From positions 1-39,084 of IMG/VR virus record IMGVR_UViG_3300012346_000133: a stretch of DNA of 39,084 nt. One strand, 5' to 3'. Under the pieces are notes generated by a model that made no database searches, was not told the DNA's origin, and saw nothing but the letters and a program-made list of their open reading frames with translations. This DNA comes from a virus (lineage: Duplodnaviria; Caudoviricetes). Below, in pieces: positions 35,976-39,084 of the stretch (position 1 is the stretch's first letter; each line of letters opens with the position of its first letter). The translations under genes and the position numbers were made by a program.

Positions 35976-36911
35976 GTGGCGACTACACTAACACGCACCC
36001 CTGCTAAGGTAAATTACCTTAACAATCGTGACATCTTAAAAGAAATTCACGCCAGCAAAAACACCTACTGCTGGTATAGAGATCGAGTAACTGATCATCA
36101 ATACGACATCATCTTGCCTAGTTTGAGCAAGATCAATCAGCGTACTATTGCGGAAGCTCGTCGAAATCGTGCAGATCGATTAAAACGCGAAACAGGTGTT
36201 GAACAAAACGAAAAGAAGATTCCAAACACCGACTTGGTATTCCGCATTACCTGTTGGGATCATATTCCTACTGCTCCTAAGAAAATACCAAAGTCACAGG
36301 CCAAGAAGAAGAAAATCGAAGACATTCTTGAATTTGACGAAGTGATCGAGAACACCGACGGGCTAGATGACATCTTGGATATTGCACCGCAAGATACTGC
36401 CAAGATGCGACTTAACTTTCCTCCTTTTGAACACTATCGTTTAGACGACAACAAGAATCTGTTCTTGGTCGGTCGTAGTCATTGGAAAGGCGACTTGGCA
36501 ACTGGTGAGTTTTCAAGAGAGCATGGCACTATGACTCGCAAACTTGCTACTATGTTTATGAAACTGTGCGAACGTTATGCTACCCGTTCAAACTGGCGTG
36601 GCTATACATACAATGAGGAAATGCGCGGGCAGGCTCTGCTTCAACTGAGTCAAATTGGATTGCAGTTTGATGAGTCTAAGTCACAGAATCCGTTTGCATA
36701 CTATACCGCAGCGATCACTAATAGTTTTACTCGAATTCTTAACATCGAGAAAAAGAATCAAAATATCCGAGATGACATCTTAGAGATGAACGGACTTGAC
36801 CCATCATGGACACGCCAAAACGTAGGCAAAGGCATGGGACTGTCTGGTCCAGTAACTATCACAGTTAATCCTGATTTGCCAGAACCAGTTGCAGTTAGCG
36901 AGGATGAGTAG
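35976..36911 (+). CDS. gp55: Late-transcription sigma factor, T4 gp55-like
   Basis: NYLNNRDILKEI at the N-terminus, and NWRGYTYNEEM...FDESKSQNPFAYYT....NSF.R....EKK, match the gp55 pattern. Synteny with gp47-gp46. Confidence 0.9.
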   Translation: MATTLTRTPAKVNYLNNRDILKEIHASKNTYCWYRDRVTDHQYDIILPSLSKINQRTIAEARRNRADRLKRETGVEQNEKKIPNTDLVFRITCWDHIPTAPKKIPKSQAKKKKIEDILEFDEVIENTDGLDDILDIAPQDTAKMRLNFPPFEHYRLDDNKNLFLVGRSHWKGDLATGEFSREHGTMTRKLATMFMKLCERYATRSNWRGYTYNEEMRGQALLQLSQIGLQFDESKSQNPFAYYTAAITNSFTRILNIEKKNQNIRDDILEMNGLDPSWTRQNVGKGMGLSGPVTITVNPDLPEPVAVSEDE

Positions 36912-36917
36912 TATACT
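36889..36917 (+). promoter_or_regulatory. Putative sigma70-type promoter at the end of gp55
   Basis: TTGCAG (36889-36894), 17 nt, TATACT (36912-36917), 6 nt, ATG 36924. Confidence 0.6.
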
Positions 36918-36923
36918 AGATAT

Positions 36924-37877
36924 ATGTCGTATCTTTTATTACACAATGGCAATCAACTAGTCAAACCTTGGGCTGCTAGCTTTTATAATTGTACTACAAT
37001 GGTATGCTTAGTCGATCCTTGGCCAAACACATCCTGTTTAACACAAAAGTATCAATTAGCAAGTAAAACATCTATTTGTACCGACTTAACTACTGCTGAT
37101 GTAATTGATATTAAAGAACTGTTTACTGCTAAACAAAGTCTAGAAGTAATAAAAGTTATCACATCATATGAGAATGATCTTACAAATCTCGAACCTATTT
37201 GGGATTTAGAATATAATCAACAGCAATGGTTAATATCAACATTTTCACGGTTAAGTATAGCCGACCATGTTGTGTTTTTGCAGCCAGTTGCATTAACATG
37301 TTTGCAAACAGGTCCCGCGGTTATTTTTACACCTGGTAGAAGTGGGACCCATGTACTTAAGGGCATAACTGGAATCAACAACCAGTTACATCACGATGAC
37401 AACTTGTTGATAACAGATAAGTTTTTAAAGTTAATCAACGCCGAGCGGGTTCTTAGTGTACTACGTAAACGATTTGTCGATCAAGTAATTAGTGATGCTA
37501 TTGGAAATCTCTACGGTGTTATGGTAACTACTAGTGCTAATCTTGAACAACATCAACAAGCTGTTTTAACATGGAAGCCTTTTGATCTTTGTGATTCAGA
37601 TTATAAGCACACATTAGAAAAAATATGTAGTTACGTTGATTTGTTATTAGGTATTAGAATGTTATATCATAAACAGATCGAGTTTAGTCTGCTCGAGGAT
37701 TTGCACGAACATTTTGATAAAATTCCTTATGTAAAAAACCCTTACAAATCTCAAAACATTATATCCAACTATTCTGAAGCAGTTGATTACTGTAACCGTG
37801 AATACCAACCAATCTACAATCAACTTCTTAACAAAATACAGTCTGTACTCGGTACCACATTACATCATCATGACTAA
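36924..37877 (+). CDS. Hypothetical protein with a sulfotransferase-like (P-loop) C-terminal domain
   Basis: IFTPGRSGTHVL resembles the 5'-PSB motif and VLRKRFVDQVIS the 3'-PB motif of Stf0-like sulfotransferases. The N-terminal ~125 aa are unrecognised. Confidence 0.55.
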   Translation: MSYLLLHNGNQLVKPWAASFYNCTTMVCLVDPWPNTSCLTQKYQLASKTSICTDLTTADVIDIKELFTAKQSLEVIKVITSYENDLTNLEPIWDLEYNQQQWLISTFSRLSIADHVVFLQPVALTCLQTGPAVIFTPGRSGTHVLKGITGINNQLHHDDNLLITDKFLKLINAERVLSVLRKRFVDQVISDAIGNLYGVMVTTSANLEQHQQAVLTWKPFDLCDSDYKHTLEKICSYVDLLLGIRMLYHKQIEFSLLEDLHEHFDKIPYVKNPYKSQNIISNYSEAVDYCNREYQPIYNQLLNKIQSVLGTTLHHHD

Positions 37878-38886
37878 TCTATTTAAAAAAGCAGCAATCT
37901 TCACTGACATCCATTTTGGGCTCAAGTCAAATAGTACCTTACACAACGAGGACTGTTTGAACTTTGTTAAATGGGCTACAGCCAAGGCACTAGAAGAAGG
38001 TTGCGAAACCTGCTTGTTCCTAGGCGACTGGCACAACACACGAGCTAACCTAAACATTGTTACTCTCAACTACAGTTTAAAAGCTCTGGAGCACCTAAAT
38101 GACAATTTTGAACGTGTGTATTTTATCCCTGGTAACCACGATTTATATTATCGCGATAAACGTGACATTCAAAGCGTGGAGTTTGCAAAGCACCTCCCTA
38201 ATGTGGAAATCTGCAATGATTGGTTCAGCGACGGTAATGTCGTTATTGCCCCTTGGCTATGCGGAGACGATCATAAGAAACTGGCCAAACTAAAAGGCGA
38301 CTACTTGTTTGGGCACTTTGAACTGCCCGGTTATATGATGAACGCCATGGTAGAGATGCCGGATCATGGGGAACTGCAACGAGATCAACTTAGCGGTTTC
38401 GGTCATGTGTTCACTGGGCACTTCCACAAGCGACAGACTAAAAAGAATATTACATACATCGGTAATGCCTTCCCGCACAACTACGCCGATGCCGGCGATG
38501 ATGATCGCGGACTTGCGATACTGGAGTGGGGCAAAGAGCCTGTATACCATGCATGGCCGGATCAGCCTACTTACAGAGTTTACGGCCTAGCAAACCTTAT
38601 TGACAACGGCCCAAGTCTTCTTAAGCCCAAGATGCATGTGCGTGTTAATCTAGACATTGAGATCAGCTACGAAGAAGCAGGTTTTATCAAAGACACTTTT
38701 ATTCGCGAGTATCAACTTCGAGAGATGGCCTTGATTCCAAACAAAGCTGTTGGTGTAGATGAAGACATGGCACCTGGTGATGTTAAGTTTGAGTCAGTAG
38801 ACCAGATTGTAACGGACCAACTTACTAACATTGAATCTGAATTCTACGACAACAAATTACTGCTGAAAATTTATCAAACCTTATGA
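37870..38886 (+). CDS. gp47: Recombination endonuclease subunit, gp47/Mre11/SbcD-like
   Basis: Metallophosphoesterase motifs TDIHFG, LGDW, GNHD, GHFE and GHFH. True start probably ATG 37870 (MTNLFKK). Confidence 0.93.
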   Translation: MTNLFKKAAIFTDIHFGLKSNSTLHNEDCLNFVKWATAKALEEGCETCLFLGDWHNTRANLNIVTLNYSLKALEHLNDNFERVYFIPGNHDLYYRDKRDIQSVEFAKHLPNVEICNDWFSDGNVVIAPWLCGDDHKKLAKLKGDYLFGHFELPGYMMNAMVEMPDHGELQRDQLSGFGHVFTGHFHKRQTKKNITYIGNAFPHNYADAGDDDRGLAILEWGKEPVYHAWPDQPTYRVYGLANLIDNGPSLLKPKMHVRVNLDIEISYEEAGFIKDTFIREYQLREMALIPNKAVGVDEDMAPGDVKFESVDQIVTDQLTNIESEFYDNKLLLKIYQTL

Positions 38887-39084
38887 TCCATATTAAAAAC
38901 TTAACTGTTAAAAACTTTATGAGTGTAGGTAATGCTACACAGGGCATTGACTTTGACCGCAAGGATCTTACACTTGTGTTAGGTGAGAACTTGGACTTAG
39001 GCGGCGATGGCTCACGCAACGGTACAGGAAAGACCACAATCATCAACGCTCTCAGTTACGCTCTGTATGGTAATGCTCTAAGTA
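38883..39084 (+). CDS. gp46: Recombination ATPase subunit, gp46/Rad50/SbcC-like (partial; runs off the right edge)
   Basis: Not in the ORF track. ATG 38883 forms an ATGA overlap with the gp47 stop: MIHIKNLTVKNFMSVGN...LVLGEN...NGTGKTTIINALSYALYG (KNF.S plus Walker A). Confidence 0.93.
   Translation, partial: MIHIKNLTVKNFMSVGNATQGIDFDRKDLTLVLGENLDLGGDGSRNGTGKTTIINALSYALYGNALS

Noticed and set aside
1-39084. CRISPR array, tRNA, intron/intein, diversity-generating retroelement or stop-codon reassignment
   Set aside because: Intergenic gaps are all under about 100 nt, with no spaced repeats or cloverleafs seen. No reverse transcriptase, homing endonuclease or intein motifs were recognised. Long ORFs are intact in the standard code, and TAA, TGA and TAG all serve as stops.

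Overview
A gene-dense segment of a large T4-like (myovirus-type, probably jumbo) bacteriophage genome, read in the standard genetic code. From about 35.9 kb leftward, everything is on the minus strand. First comes a late/structural block: bicupin, tail-tube-initiator-like protein, gp53-like, hub-like, gp5-like spike, gp25, gp6, a 4720-aa giant baseplate/adhesin protein and three fibre-type proteins. This block ends at a strong intrinsic terminator at about 6.0 kb. It is followed by a translationally coupled modification operon: two paralogous GT8-like glycosyltransferases, a GT2-like and a GT-B-like enzyme, two small unknowns, and two paralogous radical SAM enzymes with an N-terminal Twitch/SPASM-type Cys domain. 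On the plus strand from about 35.97 kb are a gp55-like late sigma factor with a large insertion, an inserted sulfotransferase-like gene, and the gp47/gp46 (Mre11/Rad50-like) nuclease pair. TAAATA late-promoter boxes and two sigma70-type promoters positioned for leaderless mRNAs are visible. The best candidate for an undescribed system is the glycosyltransferase plus radical SAM operon beside the Thr/Ser-rich fibre genes, which may be a virion glycan-building and tailoring pathway. All family assignments come from motif recognition by eye; no database searches were run.
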